Shown here: positions 51,480-64,000 of the stretch, piece by piece
Position numbering within the stretch: the stretch's first letter is position 1
How the letters are laid out: each line of letters starts with the position of its first letter
From: Antedon mediterranea
Taxonomy: Eukaryota; Animalia; Echinodermata
Assembly (NCBI RefSeq): GCF_964355755.1
Contig: NC_092678.1
Coordinates: 13,266,352-13,330,351, forward strand
Reading direction: 5' to 3'
DNA length: 64,000 nt
Translations under genes and position numbers: made by a program
Notes under the pieces: generated by a model
Databases searched by the model: none
Seen by the model: only the letters and a program-made list of their open reading frames with translations
Told to the model about the DNA's origin: nothing

Positions 51480-54335
51480 GTATAACGTTAGCAAAATGTT
51501 TTCAAAATGTAATGGTTTCATTACAACGTTATTGTAAATGTTCATTTCACGTTAGTACTAAATGTTAAATTTAAACGGATGTTGTAAATGTTTCAACGTT
51601 ATCTAAAAAAGAATGTTTGGATGTTTCTAAAACGTTAGAAAAATGTTAACATGTTATGTAATCGTTTGTTTTAAATTGTAAACGTTTGTATAACGTTAGC
51701 AACAAGTTATTGAAATGTTGCTGGATGGTTTATTAGTACAACGTTAATGGGAACGTTCATTACACGTTAAATACTTGTTAAAAACAAATGTTATTTAGAT
51801 GTCACATTATAACGTTTATTGTAAATGTTATTTAAAAAGTTATGTTGATGTTATATTTGAACATTATTGTAAATGTTTGTATAACGTTAGCAAAATGTTA
51901 TCAAAACTGTTATGATCGTTTATTTACAACGTTATTGGGAACGTTCATTACACGTTAGGTCAATGTTTAAAACAAATGTTATGTAGATGTCACATTTTAA
52001 CGTTTATTTTAAATGTTATTTCAACGTTATTTAAAAGTTATGTTGATGTTATATTTGAAAGTTATTATAGCAAAATGTTATCCAAATGTTGTCTACTGGT
52101 TTACTTACAACGTTATTGGGAACGTTCATTGCACGTTAGGCTAATGTTAAAAACAAATGTTATATAGATGTCACATTTTAACGTTTATTGTATATGTTAT
52201 TTCAACGTTATTTAAAGAGTTATGTTGATGTTATATTTGAACGTTATTGTAAACGTTTGTATAACGTCAGCAACATGTTATTGAAATGTTGCTTGATGGT
52301 TTATTTACAACGTTATTGGGAACGTTCATTACACGTTAGGCCAATGTTAAAAACAAATGTTATGTAGATGTCATTTTTTAATGTTTATTGTTAATGTTAT
52401 TTCAACGTTATTTAAAAGTTATGTTGATGTTATATTTGAACGTTATTGTAAACGTTTGTATAACGTTCGCAAAATGTTATCAATATGTTTTCTAATGGTT
52501 TATTTACATCGTTATTGGGAACGTTCATTGATCGTTAGGCCAATGTTAAAAACAAATGTTTTATAGATGTCACATTTTAACGTTTATTTTAAATGTTATT
52601 TCAACGTTATTTAAAAAGTTATGTTGATATTATATTTGAACGTTATTGTAAACGTTTGTATAACGTTAGCAACATGTTATTGAAATGTTGCTTGATGGTT
52701 TATTTACAACTTTATTGGGAACGTTCATTACACGTTAAGCCAATGTTTAAAACAAATGTTATGTAGATGTCACATTTTAACGTTTATTGTAAATGTTATT
52801 TCAACGTTATTTAAAAAGTTATGTTGATGTTATATTTGAACGTTATTGTAAACGTTTTTTTGACGTTTGCAAAATGATATCAAAATGTTGTCTAATGGTT
52901 TATTTACAACGTTATTGGGAACGTTCATTGCACGTTAGGCTAATGTTAAAAACAAATGTTATATAGATGTCACATTTTAACGTTTATTTTAAATGTTATT
53001 TCAACGTTATTTAAAAAGTTATGTTGATATTATATTTGAACGTTATTGTAAACGTTTGTATAACGTTAGCAACATGTTATTGAAATGTTGCTTGATGGTT
53101 ATTTACAACTTTATTGGGAACGTTCATTACACGTTAGGTCAATATTAAAAACAAATGTTATGTAGATGTCATTTTTTAACGTTTATTGTAAATGTTATTT
53201 CAACGTTATTTAAAAGTTATGTTGTTGTTATATTTGAACGTTATTGTAAACGTTTGTATAACGTCCGCAAAATGTTATCAATATGTTTTCTTCTAATGGT
53301 TTTTTTACAACGTTATTGGGAACATTCATTGCACGTTAGGCCAATGTTAAAAACAAATGTTATATAGATGTCACATTTTAACGCTTATTGTAAATATTAT
53401 TTCAAAGTTATTTAAAAGTTATGTTGATGTTATATTTGAACGTCATTGTAAACGTTTGTATAACGTTCGCAAAATGTTATAAATATGTTTTCTAATGGTT
53501 TATTTACAACGTTATTGGGAACGTTCATTGCACGTTAGGCCAATGTTAAAAACAAATGTTATATAGATGTCACATTTTAATGTTTATTGTAAATGTTATT
53601 TCAACGTTATTTAAAAAGTTATGTTGATGTTATATTTGAACGTTATTGTAAACGTTTGTATAACGTTCGCAAAATGTTATCAATATGTTTTCTAATGGTT
53701 TATTTACAACGTTATTGGGAACGTTGATTGCACGTTAGGCAAATATTATTTAAAACAGTTATGTAGATGTTGCTTTTCAATGTTATTGTGAATGTTTTAG
53801 AGACGTTATATAAATATTATTTAGAACGTTAGACAGATGTTGAGTTTGAACGTTATTTTATACTGTCTGATTAACGTTATCAGCATGTTATAAAAACATA
53901 TTGATTGCAACGTTATTGTGAACGTTCAATTAACGTTAGAAAAATGTTACTGAATTAGTTTTTTAAATGTTACTTTTGGACATTATTGTAAACGTTATTC
54001 TAACATTAGATGAACGTTATCAAAACATGTTTTGTAATGGTTACATTTTGAATGTTATTATAAATGTCCTTCAAACGTTACATAAACGTTATTATAAATG
54101 TTCTGTATGAGGTAAAACGTAACATTTTTTAGAACGTTTATTTAACGTTAGGTAAATGTTAATAAAACAAGTTTGGAAAATGTTATATATTAACGTTATT
54201 ATAAACGTTTTTACAACGTTGAAAGAATGTCCGACGAATAAGTCTTGCTAAGTGAACGTTATTTTAATGTTCTTTTAACGTTCGTAGTGAACCTAACCAA
54301 ACAATAACCAAACAAGAACGTTAGAAAAACGTTAT
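51480..54335. repeat. Right subterminal array, ~200-bp unit, ~12 copies
   Basis: Marker cgttattgggaacgttc near 51930, 52111, 52311, 52510, 52710, 52910, 53109, 53311, 53510, 53710. Confidence 0.96.
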
Positions 54336-54404
54336 GTGTTTGCTGGGACACGTGTGAGTTGATTATCATCGTTCATCGCGAGAGAGACGAACCCGTGGTA
54401 AAGG

Positions 54405-57400
54405 ATGGGTAAACGAGGCCCTTATTCTGGATTGAGATCATCGGAAAAGAAAAGGCGCAAACTTACACGTAATGTAGCGTCAAATGCTCGCAGAATTTTG
54501 CTAAACTTCGATACATTTCAGAGATGGTCCGTAGTAAAAGAAGCAAATAATTTAGCAAGTAATTCTGATGTTGCAAATTTTTTGCTTGACAGGTAACTTC
54601 TCTCTTTTGTACAGTGTCCATCGGCTCTAGGGATTAGTTAGGGCCTTTTATTTAGTAAAATAGGCAATACTAGTAAGTAATGATAATTATTATTATTGGT
54701 ACTATAGTTCCACAGAGTTATAGATAGCCTAATTATTTTGAATTTAGTATAATACTAATAATAATAAATAGGTTAGGTTAGACCTCCAGGCTAGGCCTAG
54801 CCTATCTGTACTAACTACTATATAGCCTATACTACTACTACTACTAGGCCTGCCTACCTTTGCAATTAGATGAATCGTTCGAAAACAGGCGGATTGATAG
54901 GCCTAGCTAGATAGAGTAATACAACACACCTTTCGTAGTACAGCAGGTATTTTGAGACAGAAAGTATACTTTTTTAGTGTTAGTGTTATATATAATCTAG
55001 CATAGAATAGCTAGCCGCTAAGCCTATTATGCCTAATTAAAATCATAGATCCGGTTACCTAGCTGAACATACACACAGCACAGGTCCTACCATTTTTTTT
55101 TAAATAAAAAAATTGGCCACCCATGACGAAAAGGTTTACCTCCTAACCATTTGACTTGGAATTTTAAGTAGATAATTGATTACAATACCATCTGTTTGGT
55201 AGTGAGGGCCTTCACAAACAGGGCTGGTAAAATAATTATTTTCCTAGCTAGAGTGGGAATTAACTTTGGTACCTCCTCTGTTGTTACATTACTAGGGCTA
55301 GCCAGTGTCAATTTTAGTACAGTATTAATTTGATGATTTGGTATATTAATTTTTTTTTTAATTTAAATTGTAAAATTGTTTTCCCTTATTCTATACCTCT
55401 TCACACTGTGCTTTATTGTTTTACGTTTAGTCATGCAGAAAGACATAGCACAGCTTCTGGGCCGACCAGGACAACAGTTTCTACTCACCTTCCTACAACA
55501 TCGACGCCTATAGAAGGTGCTTATTTAAGAACTACACTATCTGGTGGTTCAGATACAAGGTATGAAAATTTAGATATAATACAAATTTTGATATGAAATA
55601 TATTACTAATAATATTAATACCGTACTTAAATTAGATCACATGGGATTCACATAGTGAATGGTTGCTTTCTACACTCACGATTACATGGCTTCAACACTC
55701 ACTACTAACTGACTTCTCAATAGGAACTCTACAAATATAACTATAAAATATAGAAATTGTCATTGATCATAAATTGTTCTTTAGAATTTCTTCAAAATCT
55801 GGAATTGATAGATTTAGCAGTAACTCAAGTACTGTAACCGCTTTTCCAAGTGCTTCTGAAGATGGAAGGTAAGTTTAAACTAAAATTTCAGCGCTTTAAC
55901 TTTTCTGTTTCACTTAATTCCAATGGAATGAACACAGCAAAATCCTTGTCTGTGGCTTGATAATACCCTGCACTCTTTATACACTATGCCAATCTGATTA
56001 CTGTTATTGAGAAATAAAATGGCATTAAAACTGTTATTTTTTTAGTATAAGCAACATTAAAAAAGAGGAAAGACCCAGATGCTCTGCTGAAATATTAAAG
56101 TAAATGAATTCTGTATACTTTTCATTTTATATGTTACAATGTATTAATTTTAATTACATAGTTTAAAATCGATTCCCCCTCGATTGCTAGTGTTTCTAAT
56201 CACACAATTAAGAGGTTGACATCATTGCACAAGTATTACTATTATTCTTTCAGTATGGCCATTGACATTAACTTGTCAAGTGAATCTGAGTCAGAGAGCA
56301 CTTGTGATGAAGATGAAGATTATGATTTATATGAACCATCATTTGACATAAGCCTTTGGTAAGTCATCATCTATTCCTTTAACCTAAACTTCATTGTGAT
56401 GCAGTAAAGCATCATTTAAAAAAAAATTAATGTTTGAAATTAAGTCATACATACATTTTTCAGTCCCAACAATGCACTTAACCTCAGAGAAACCTCATTC
56501 GTTGAAGAGGAATTTGAAATTGAGGCAGAAAATGATGATCCATCCAGTCAGATTGAGAAGGACATTGAAGGTGTGGAAGTTGAAAGCCCTTATGTTAAAC
56601 ACATTGATATTATGGAAGAGTATGACTTTCTTATAAAAGATGAAACCTGCATAGTGTACTTAAACTGTTTGAAAACCTTGGCAGAAATCAAAATCAACAA
56701 ATCTTGTACTAGAAAATCCTGTAGTAGTCCTGTTGATCTGCATTCAAAGTTTGTTGGTTCTGCTGTGTATTTCAAATGGGTAAAAAGTCTTACTTTCAAT
56801 TTTTGTAAACATTTTATCTTAATTTAATAATTCATAATTCTAATTAATTCCTGAAACCAATTTATGAACAAGTCTATGGTACCATCAAACAATGATGGTT
56901 GCTATGTAATGTGTTTCAGCTTGTCAAATGACTTATTTTATGAAATTGGTTTAATGGTTTATTTAATAAATATATTATTGTGAACTACTTAGATTTGTAA
57001 AAATGGCCACCTGAACAACAAATGGTGTTCTCAACCAATTCTAAAGAACAAATTGCATGGAGGGGATTTTTTAATGTCTACGGCACTTTTAGCTTCTGGA
57101 AACAACTATGCAAAGATTGCTCTTCTGGCCAAGTTTTTAAAACTTCATATTCTGAATGTCAACACCTACTATAGAATTCAGAGAAAATATCTTGTGCCTG
57201 CAGTTACTGAATTATGGGAAGATACCCAGAAAGAAATCTTGACAGCACATGAAGGAAAAGATGTTGTACTGCTTGGTAGGTATTATAATATAAAATGGAG
57301 GTGTATGGAAAAAAAATAAATGTGACTAAACTAAAGTTCATAGGTCAAGGCTTCATTGTGCAAATGAAAATGCAGGATGGAACTAAATTACTGAAAAACG

Positions 57401-59621
57401 CTAATATTGTTTTTGACGAGTTATAGTGAAGAGAAATTCTATTAAAAACTGTTGTTAGTGGTGGTCAGGTACAAATCTACTTATATACAGTACAAGAACG
57501 TTATTACTGTAAATATTTTTTTTTCATAGGAGATGGAAGGATGGACAGTCCAGGACACTCTGCCCAATTTTGCACATATACTATGATGGACAATGCTGAC
57601 AAAAGTATTTTGTCAATTATAACAATTGATAAGCGGGAGACAGAGGGCAAAAGTACTTTAATGGAAAAAGTAGGATTTCAGAAGAGTGTTTCATTTCTCA
57701 AACAACAAAATGTGAATGTCGTTGAATGTGTAACCGATGCACACTTACAGATTGGCGCATTGATGAGTATGTTTTATTTTTTCATCGTAATCTAGATGAT
57801 CACCAAAATCTAAAATAAATTTTTGAATAACATGTTTTTATTCTGTAAAATATGGTTTATTTTTATATTTGTTTTTCTTCATCACTCTAGAAAACGAATA
57901 TCCAGACATCAAACACTCACACGATATTTGGCATGCTGCCAAGAATCTAGCAAAAGCATTGATTGCAGTAAGTTTTTTGGTAATTTGCAGACAATGTAAA
58001 TTATTTTATTATAGTTATACCCTAATTTCATAATATGTAAAATAGGATATTTTTTATACAAATTAATACTAATCTTTTGTTTCATTGGTATTTTTTATAC
58101 AATTTAACAGGCTGGTCAGAAGAAAGACTGCAAAGTATTATTAAGTTGGAGCAAAGATATTGTAAACCATTTCTGGCATACCTGCGAGACTTCAAAGACA
58201 TATGATGAATTTCTTGTATGTACATGGTGCACATACTGTATATACACTCTCAAAGACAAGTTATATTGTTCTTGAACATAAACTTTAGCACAATATCTTC
58301 TTTATTGTGGAATTAATTTCTTTATTCTGGTTCTACTATGTTCATACATTTTAAAGGCTCACAGCTATCTTCAGATACTGACATTGTCATATCATCTCTG
58401 TGTGTATCTGATATTGTATCCATTTTTTCCATATTTAAAAAAAGAAATCTGTATTTGAGATATGTATTTTACTGATTTTCTTGTTCAATGATAGGGAATA
58501 TGGTGTGGAATTCTTCACCATGTGGTGGATGAACACCAGTGGGCTTTATCATATAGTGATGTTGGTACAGCCTCCTGTAGTCATGGACCTCTTGAGAGTG
58601 AGAGACAAAAGGGATGGATGACAAAGGGTCATCCAGCACACGATGCACTACGAAAGATCGTCCTAAACATAAGTTTCCTAAAGAAAATCCCATATTGGCT
58701 TAATTTTCGGTGAGCAAATTGATTAAAAATAGAGGAATGGTTTATACTGTACAAGCATTTCTGTAGTATTGATTAAAGCTAAAAAAAAAAAACAGGTGCT
58801 CTAAACAATAAATATACATTTCAACAGAACAATATACACATAATAAACACATTTATTAGTATTACTTTAAAACTTGCATATTTTATTGCATTTGACAACA
58901 GTATTGACTTAGCTATTTATATATACATATTGTGTATTTTTAGTGGAACTGCTGAACTGGAAAATTTCCACCAATGTATTTTGATGTATGCGGCCAAAAG
59001 ATTCCATTACAGTCCACCAATGTACAAAGTAAGGAATCTTCTGGCAGCATTGGATTACACAGCAAACCATCAACGAGAGATCAAGAAAAATAAAGATGGG
59101 ACCACAAGGTACATTCCATAGTTTTTTACAGTTGAATATTAATTGGCTATATTAATTACTAAATACCGTACTACATATGAAACCGACAAGTCTATTCTTA
59201 AATCAATTGTATATTTATGCCATGTACAACGGAGTTACCATGGAACTAGCTACAGGTATATGGGCAAAAGAAATTTGACAAATAATTTTAAAATCGGTTT
59301 TCCCGAATTGCAATCTAATCAAAATATTCCAAATTGCTGTCAAAAATTATAAACAATTATTTTCTGTTGTGTAGATATCAACGCTTATTTAACAAAAAAA
59401 GTAAGAGGTGGACAGTGGTGCCTGTTAAAGAAGAGAAGGATTACAGCTACATCCAGAAATTGGTGGAAATGGTTGTATACAGAAGACTACTTGATGAAAC
59501 TAGCCTGAAAACAGTAACAGGCTTAGGAGAAGATGACCCAAGAAGGCTCAGCAGAAACATTGCTTCAGTACATGCACCACCAACTCATCAACTAGTTGAA
59601 GAGAAATTGTCAAGATTTTAA
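54405..59621 (+). CDS. Kolobok DDE transposase, 13 exons, 734 aa, intact
   Basis: Exons 54405-54592, 55431-55559, 55785-55868, 56046-56099, 56254-56358, 56464-56779, 56993-57275, 57530-57766, 57891-57967, 58111-58215, 58495-58709, 58944-59108, 59375-59621 (2205 nt, phase-consistent). GDGRMDSPGHSAQFCTY, VTDAH, HSHDIWHAAKNL, NHFW, CSHGPL, TAELENFH. Confidence 0.9.
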
Positions 59622-59797
59622 ACAAAACTATGATGTATCAATTACCTTTCTATTCGTGCAAACAGTACTGGGCAATTCCTGTTAAGTTTTTAATGTATTC
59701 AGTTAAAAATGATTTATTTTTTTCTGTTATGGTACTAAAATGAGCAATTAAATTTGGAAATCTATTTGTGGGAATTGTACAAAGGGACAATACAGCT

Positions 59798-62445
59798 TTA
59801 AATTCGTCCTGGTTGAAAACCAACATACTGGCCAAATGCATCAGGGTATTTGTCCCGTACTGCCCATACACAACTGGGTATTATATTCTGATGCCAATAC
59901 CGAGACGACCATGTGGTCACAAAACATACTGCCGGTAGGCTGTATGTTTATGACCCCTATTCCATTTGTTGTCCATAGGCGCTGCTAATATATCTTGATG
60001 ATATGCTCGTGCCAATTGCAACATTGCTTCATTTAGAATGAGCAACTAAAAGTCCTAAAATGAAAAAAAAAATGTTTATTTAGTATTTTTTGTTTAGTTT
60101 ATGTTATGCACTATTTTTCAAAATAATATAAGCTGGTAACAGGTCTGTATTTTAACAACAGTACTTATTAAAAATAAAGCAGAACTTTTAAAATTAGTTT
60201 GCCAAAAAGACAATTATTTTTGTGTTTTTTTAGATACACTATATCGACACTTTATCATTGTAATGCATTTTATCAATAAGTATGTTAAATTAATATACTG
60301 TAATGTTTCACACGTGCAATTACCTGAAATTTGTTGTGTTTTCGTGTGTATAGCCACAGCACACTCTTTCATTTTCAGTTTGAATTTGCCAGCAGTTGTT
60401 GCAAACACACCAACTTGGTGTAGTTGCTGGTGGTACAGGATGATGACCTCCCTCTGGTACTTTTTCTCTGCTGCTTCCTTTAGTTAGTAGGTCTTTAGCC
60501 TCTACCTCTGTCAATGCATTAATTTTAACCTAAAGTAAAATAAAATTGTTATAAATTGTTTACTGCTAAATATGGAAATATGAAATATTTATCGTGAGGA
60601 ATCTTTGCCATTTGCCACCAGAATTTCAAATGTTGAACCAGGTTTCACAATATCTTTTTACCTTTATGTATTACTGGTCCATTGACAAGTAACATATTAA
60701 CAGTGAAGCTAATTAGTTGCGAATATTTCTAAAAGTATTGTCACAAAAATAGTAAATAACCACAGATCCTATAGATTTTTATATGGGTGTCACGAAAGCT
60801 CAGACCACGAAAGCTCAGACCCCCTAAGACCTAAGATCACGAAAGCTAAGACCCAACACCTAAGATTACAAATACTAAGATATACTACAGCTTAAAAACA
60901 ATACTTGTTTATCCATACATAATTTTAAACACAGTAGGTTTCATTTATTACCATAAATATAATTTAATACTACCGCAAAACATAGATAAACTCACATTAT
61001 TTTCGCCCGTTGAGTAAATGTATATTTTTTCTTTACAACAAACAAACTTGACGGGTTGTTTGTTGGTATATATTTACTCCTTTGTGTTGCTTCAGAGGAT
61101 GTTTTTCTTACGCACCTGCCTTTCTTGTATTTTGACTCCAAATTTGCTGACTAACTTTATCCTGAACACCACACTTTAAAATTAGGACTTATAAGTACTT
61201 TCAGAAGGAGAAACACATAATAACAAATAAATAAATCCTTTAAATTGATGATTTTACAGATGTGTTTCTTTGTATACTGTAATGAAAATGTAACTCCTCG
61301 AGCTCGGCCCCCCATGCTCAATGTTTTTGTTTCTATGGAGCGCCAAAAGAGCAACAATAATAGTACAAGTATAAAAACAGAAAGAAAACGAAACAAAAAA
61401 ACTTATCATGATTTTTAAATTAAAATTTATTTGCCAGTATTTATTTCTTCGTACTTGCATGATTATACTATTATCATTACAATTTTAATTTTACATTGTT
61501 CCATCCACACTGTAGATGGACTCCACAGAGTTTTTAGCCCTCTATATAATTTTTGCTCTTTTGACGTTCCATAGAAACAAAAACATTGAACATGGCCCAT
61601 GGGGTAGGCCTACTGTCCTGTAGGCTAGTCATTTTGTGTGCGAGAAAAACGTCTGTAAAATCTTCAATTTAAAAATGTATTTGTTACTTTTTATGTGATT
61701 CTTTTTCATGAAAGTGCCAATTCTAAGGTGTGGTATTCAGAATAATTGTTGGGAGTTAAAATACAAGGCAGGTGCGAAAGATAAATATTTGTAATCTTAG
61801 GTGTTGGGTCTTAGCTTTCGTGATCTTAGGTCTTAGGGGGTCTGAGCTTTCGTGGTCTGAGCTTTCGTGACACCCATTTTTATATATATTGTATATGGAA
61901 ATTATAGTATTAATTATTAGTAACATATTTCTAATTAAAAAATCCCATGGATATGATTAGTGTATTTCTTTTTATATACAGTACAATTCAATAGTTAGGC
62001 TACTACTACTAGTAATAGGCTAGTCTTTAAAAATAGAACTGGCATCTCTCGTCAAAATGACGAATCAGTTGCCAGTACAGTGGGCTAACTTGGGCACATT
62101 TTACTAGCTAGTATACTCGATAATTAGTAATGATGAACCGATCGGACCTGGCAAAAATTAATACGGGTAGCCAACGAATACTTAAAAATGAGTCTAAAGC
62201 ATAGGCCTAATATTAATAAAAAGACAACGTGAACCTGAAAGGTAGACCTAACTACCTAGAGTAGCCTAGCCTAGGCCTAGGCTAGAGTAGAAGACTAGGC
62301 CTATCCTAGGTAGGTACTGTGCAAGTTACAGCTTAGAGCTAGGCTTAGTAGTAGTAGCCTAGAGTATCTAAACTAGGCCACAAGTATACATTTTATTAGA
62401 GAGAAACTAAGTAAAAAATAGTAATATATTTACCGATAAATCCAT
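59798..62445 (-). pseudogene. KolX (P2X7 C-terminal-like Cys-rich) gene of Kolobok, inactivated
   Basis: Exons ~62445-62434 (MDLS, tentative), 60529-60324 (SWCVCNNC...ERVCC), 60054-59798 (KHTAYRQYVL*.HGRLGIGIR / IPSCVWAVRDKYP...YVGF); stops and frameshifts. Confidence 0.85.
60785..61875. mobile_element. MULE/MuDR-type MITE in a KolX intron
   Basis: ~90-bp perfect TIR GGGTGTCACGAAAGCTCAGACC...; 10-bp TSD ATTTTTATAT (60775-60784, 61876-61885). Confidence 0.88.
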
Positions 62446-62873
62446 GGGTTTCTTGAATACATTAAAACAAAATTCGTTCCGCAACTAGGCCCAGGCATAC
62501 ACTGCCGGCCGCGCCGGCGGCGCGCGTTACGTACAGTTTGGCTATAATATGCATAATCATAAAACTTCCTCTCTCGCGCGATATGTGTCAAAACATCTCC
62601 TCAACCGTCGTGACAAGTTGTAAACAATCTTAATTAGCATATCATGCATAATTCATACTCGTGGTTTGAAATCTTTGTTTACTTTCGCTCGGAATGATTT
62701 TCCAGACGAAATTTAATCAAACTAATTTACCTGTTAATTACGTAAACTTGTTGTTTTTGGCTCGAATTTTTAACTTAAAGTGAATAACTTTAATATTACT
62801 TTGATATGGCCAATTTAAATTTAGAATATTTTGACCTTCATTTTTTGTGTTCAAAGGGACAATACAACTTTAA

Positions 62874-63770
62874 ATCAAAAGAAACGATTCTTTATAAATA
62901 TTGCATCATTTTAAAGTAGTTATTACAAGTGTCCACTTATAAACAATAAAGAAGATAACATTTGGGAAAAATATCACAGCACACCAATAATTGTGTTTAT
63001 GTTTTTTTTTTTGTTCAGGACTATGTTTTTAAATTTGTTTTCCTTGTTTTATATGATGAAATATATTTTTATTTTCGAAAATCAAAATATCTTAACATTT
63101 TCTTCCTCGTAAGGATATTGAACAAACGGTATCACGTGTTTTAGCGGTTACATCAATTCTTTGAATTTTCCAAATCTTTTTCGTTTTCTTATAAATTGGT
63201 TTGAGGTAAATATAGCAAGTAAGAGACAAAATAAGGTGTGTTTTTGTTTTAGTTCCTTATAATATGATGAACTTTACATACTAAACTCTATGTAGGTATT
63301 GTTTGATTAATATTTTTGCCAGTCAAACAGAGTCGATAAATAATAAATTATTATATTAACACGTTTAAAAAATGTAACGATAAATAAACAAAATTAAAAA
63401 AACAACAAAAAAACAAGAATGAAACACATTTAAAATAAGCGGCAATATTACAATTATGGTTATTAGACCTGCAGTAATTAAAATAACGTATCTATTTAAA
63501 AAATAATTTAATGTCATTTTTTTTTGTTATTACTAAGCCTATTGATTTGTTTTTTGTTTTATTTATTTTTTTTCTTATTTTCAATTATAAATAATTTTAC
63601 AAACAAATAATATCTGTTCTATTTACTACAATCTCAACGATGCAAAATAATAGGCCTAATTACAAAGTAATATATTCACAGGAAAACAATCACTAACGTT
63701 TATATTTAAACATAGAAAATAAAAGTTCATGTTATTCCCACTTTACTGACTGGAGAAAATCAAAATAACT
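62874..63770 (-). repeat. Inverted paralog of the ~5600-6495 host segment
   Basis: Reverse complement shares gtaataactactt.aaaatgatgcaatatt, ggaacta.aa.a.aaacacacctt.tttt, cgactctgtttgact and ttctccagtcag with 5600-6495. Confidence 0.85.
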
Positions 63771-64000
63771 AAATAATATAATTATTATGATTATCATGTT
63801 AAACTCCTAGGAGTGAAATTCCGACTGTACTGAAGAAAGGCCCATAAATAATATACGCAAGAACTTTCTGATTTTAATTATCATTTATTTGCACACTTCT
63901 TACCAACCACGCTGTCGGTATTTGTTTTTCTTTTTATCTTTTTATCTATGACACGCCAAAACGGCCTTTTACACACTATACAATAGCGCCCTCATTATTC

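Larger units (their letters stand above)
26098..54347 (-). mobile_element. 28.2-kb CACTA/EnSpm (CMC) element nested in Kolobok
   Basis: CCCAGCAAACA...TGTTTGCTGGG termini, 2-bp TSD AC (26096-26097, 54348-54349), AACGTT-rich subterminal arrays at both ends, transposase plus DUF4806-type gene inside. Confidence 0.88.
25807..62869 (+). mobile_element. Kolobok DNA transposon (~7.7 kb net of nested inserts)
   Basis: TTAA|AGATGTATTGTCCCTTTGA ... TCAAAGGGACAATACAACT|TTAA (TSD 25803-25806, 62870-62873); convergent DDE transposase and KolX genes; flanks rejoin into a sequence paralogous to 6484-6515. Confidence 0.92.

Noticed and set aside
51976-53367. Repeated MLCRCH... ORFs / CRISPR-like array
   Set aside because: 200-bp tandem units without variable spacers; subterminal repeats of the EnSpm element.
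25807-62869. KolobokP-type long direct repeats or a piggyBac assignment
   Set aside because: Only ~22 bp is repeated, not hundreds, and no His-Me nuclease is seen; AG termini, transposase motifs and KolX fit Kolobok rather than piggyBac.

Overview
AT-rich, intron-containing animal (probably marine invertebrate; inference) genomic DNA, almost entirely made of transposons. About 50 kb (13024-62873) is three large two-gene DNA transposons inserted at essentially one host site. (1) A 12.8-kb IS3EU-type element (13024-25778; ~285-bp TIRs, TATATA TSD) with a dead DDE integrase and a dead HECT-like partner gene. (2) Only 18 bp further on, a Kolobok element (25807-62869; TTAA TSD) with an intact 13-exon, 734-aa DDE transposase and a decayed KolX (P2X7-C-terminus-like) gene. 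(3) Nested just upstream of the Kolobok transposase ATG, a 28.2-kb CACTA/EnSpm element (26098-54347; AC TSD, AACGTT subterminal arrays) with an intact 679-aa transposase and an intact 8-exon DUF4806-type gene, apparently spliced from one shared leader. Removing the inserts rebuilds a host sequence whose uninterrupted inverted paralog lies at ~6484-6550. Other highlights: a third Kolobok end whose TTAA is the KolX stop codon, a Helitron that forms a 1.8-kb palindrome, a compact Bcl-2-like ORF running off the left edge behind a 60-bp tandem array, an inverted pair of YWTD exons, and many MITEs, LINE and Penelope fragments. All family assignments come from reading motifs, termini and TSDs by eye; no database search was run.
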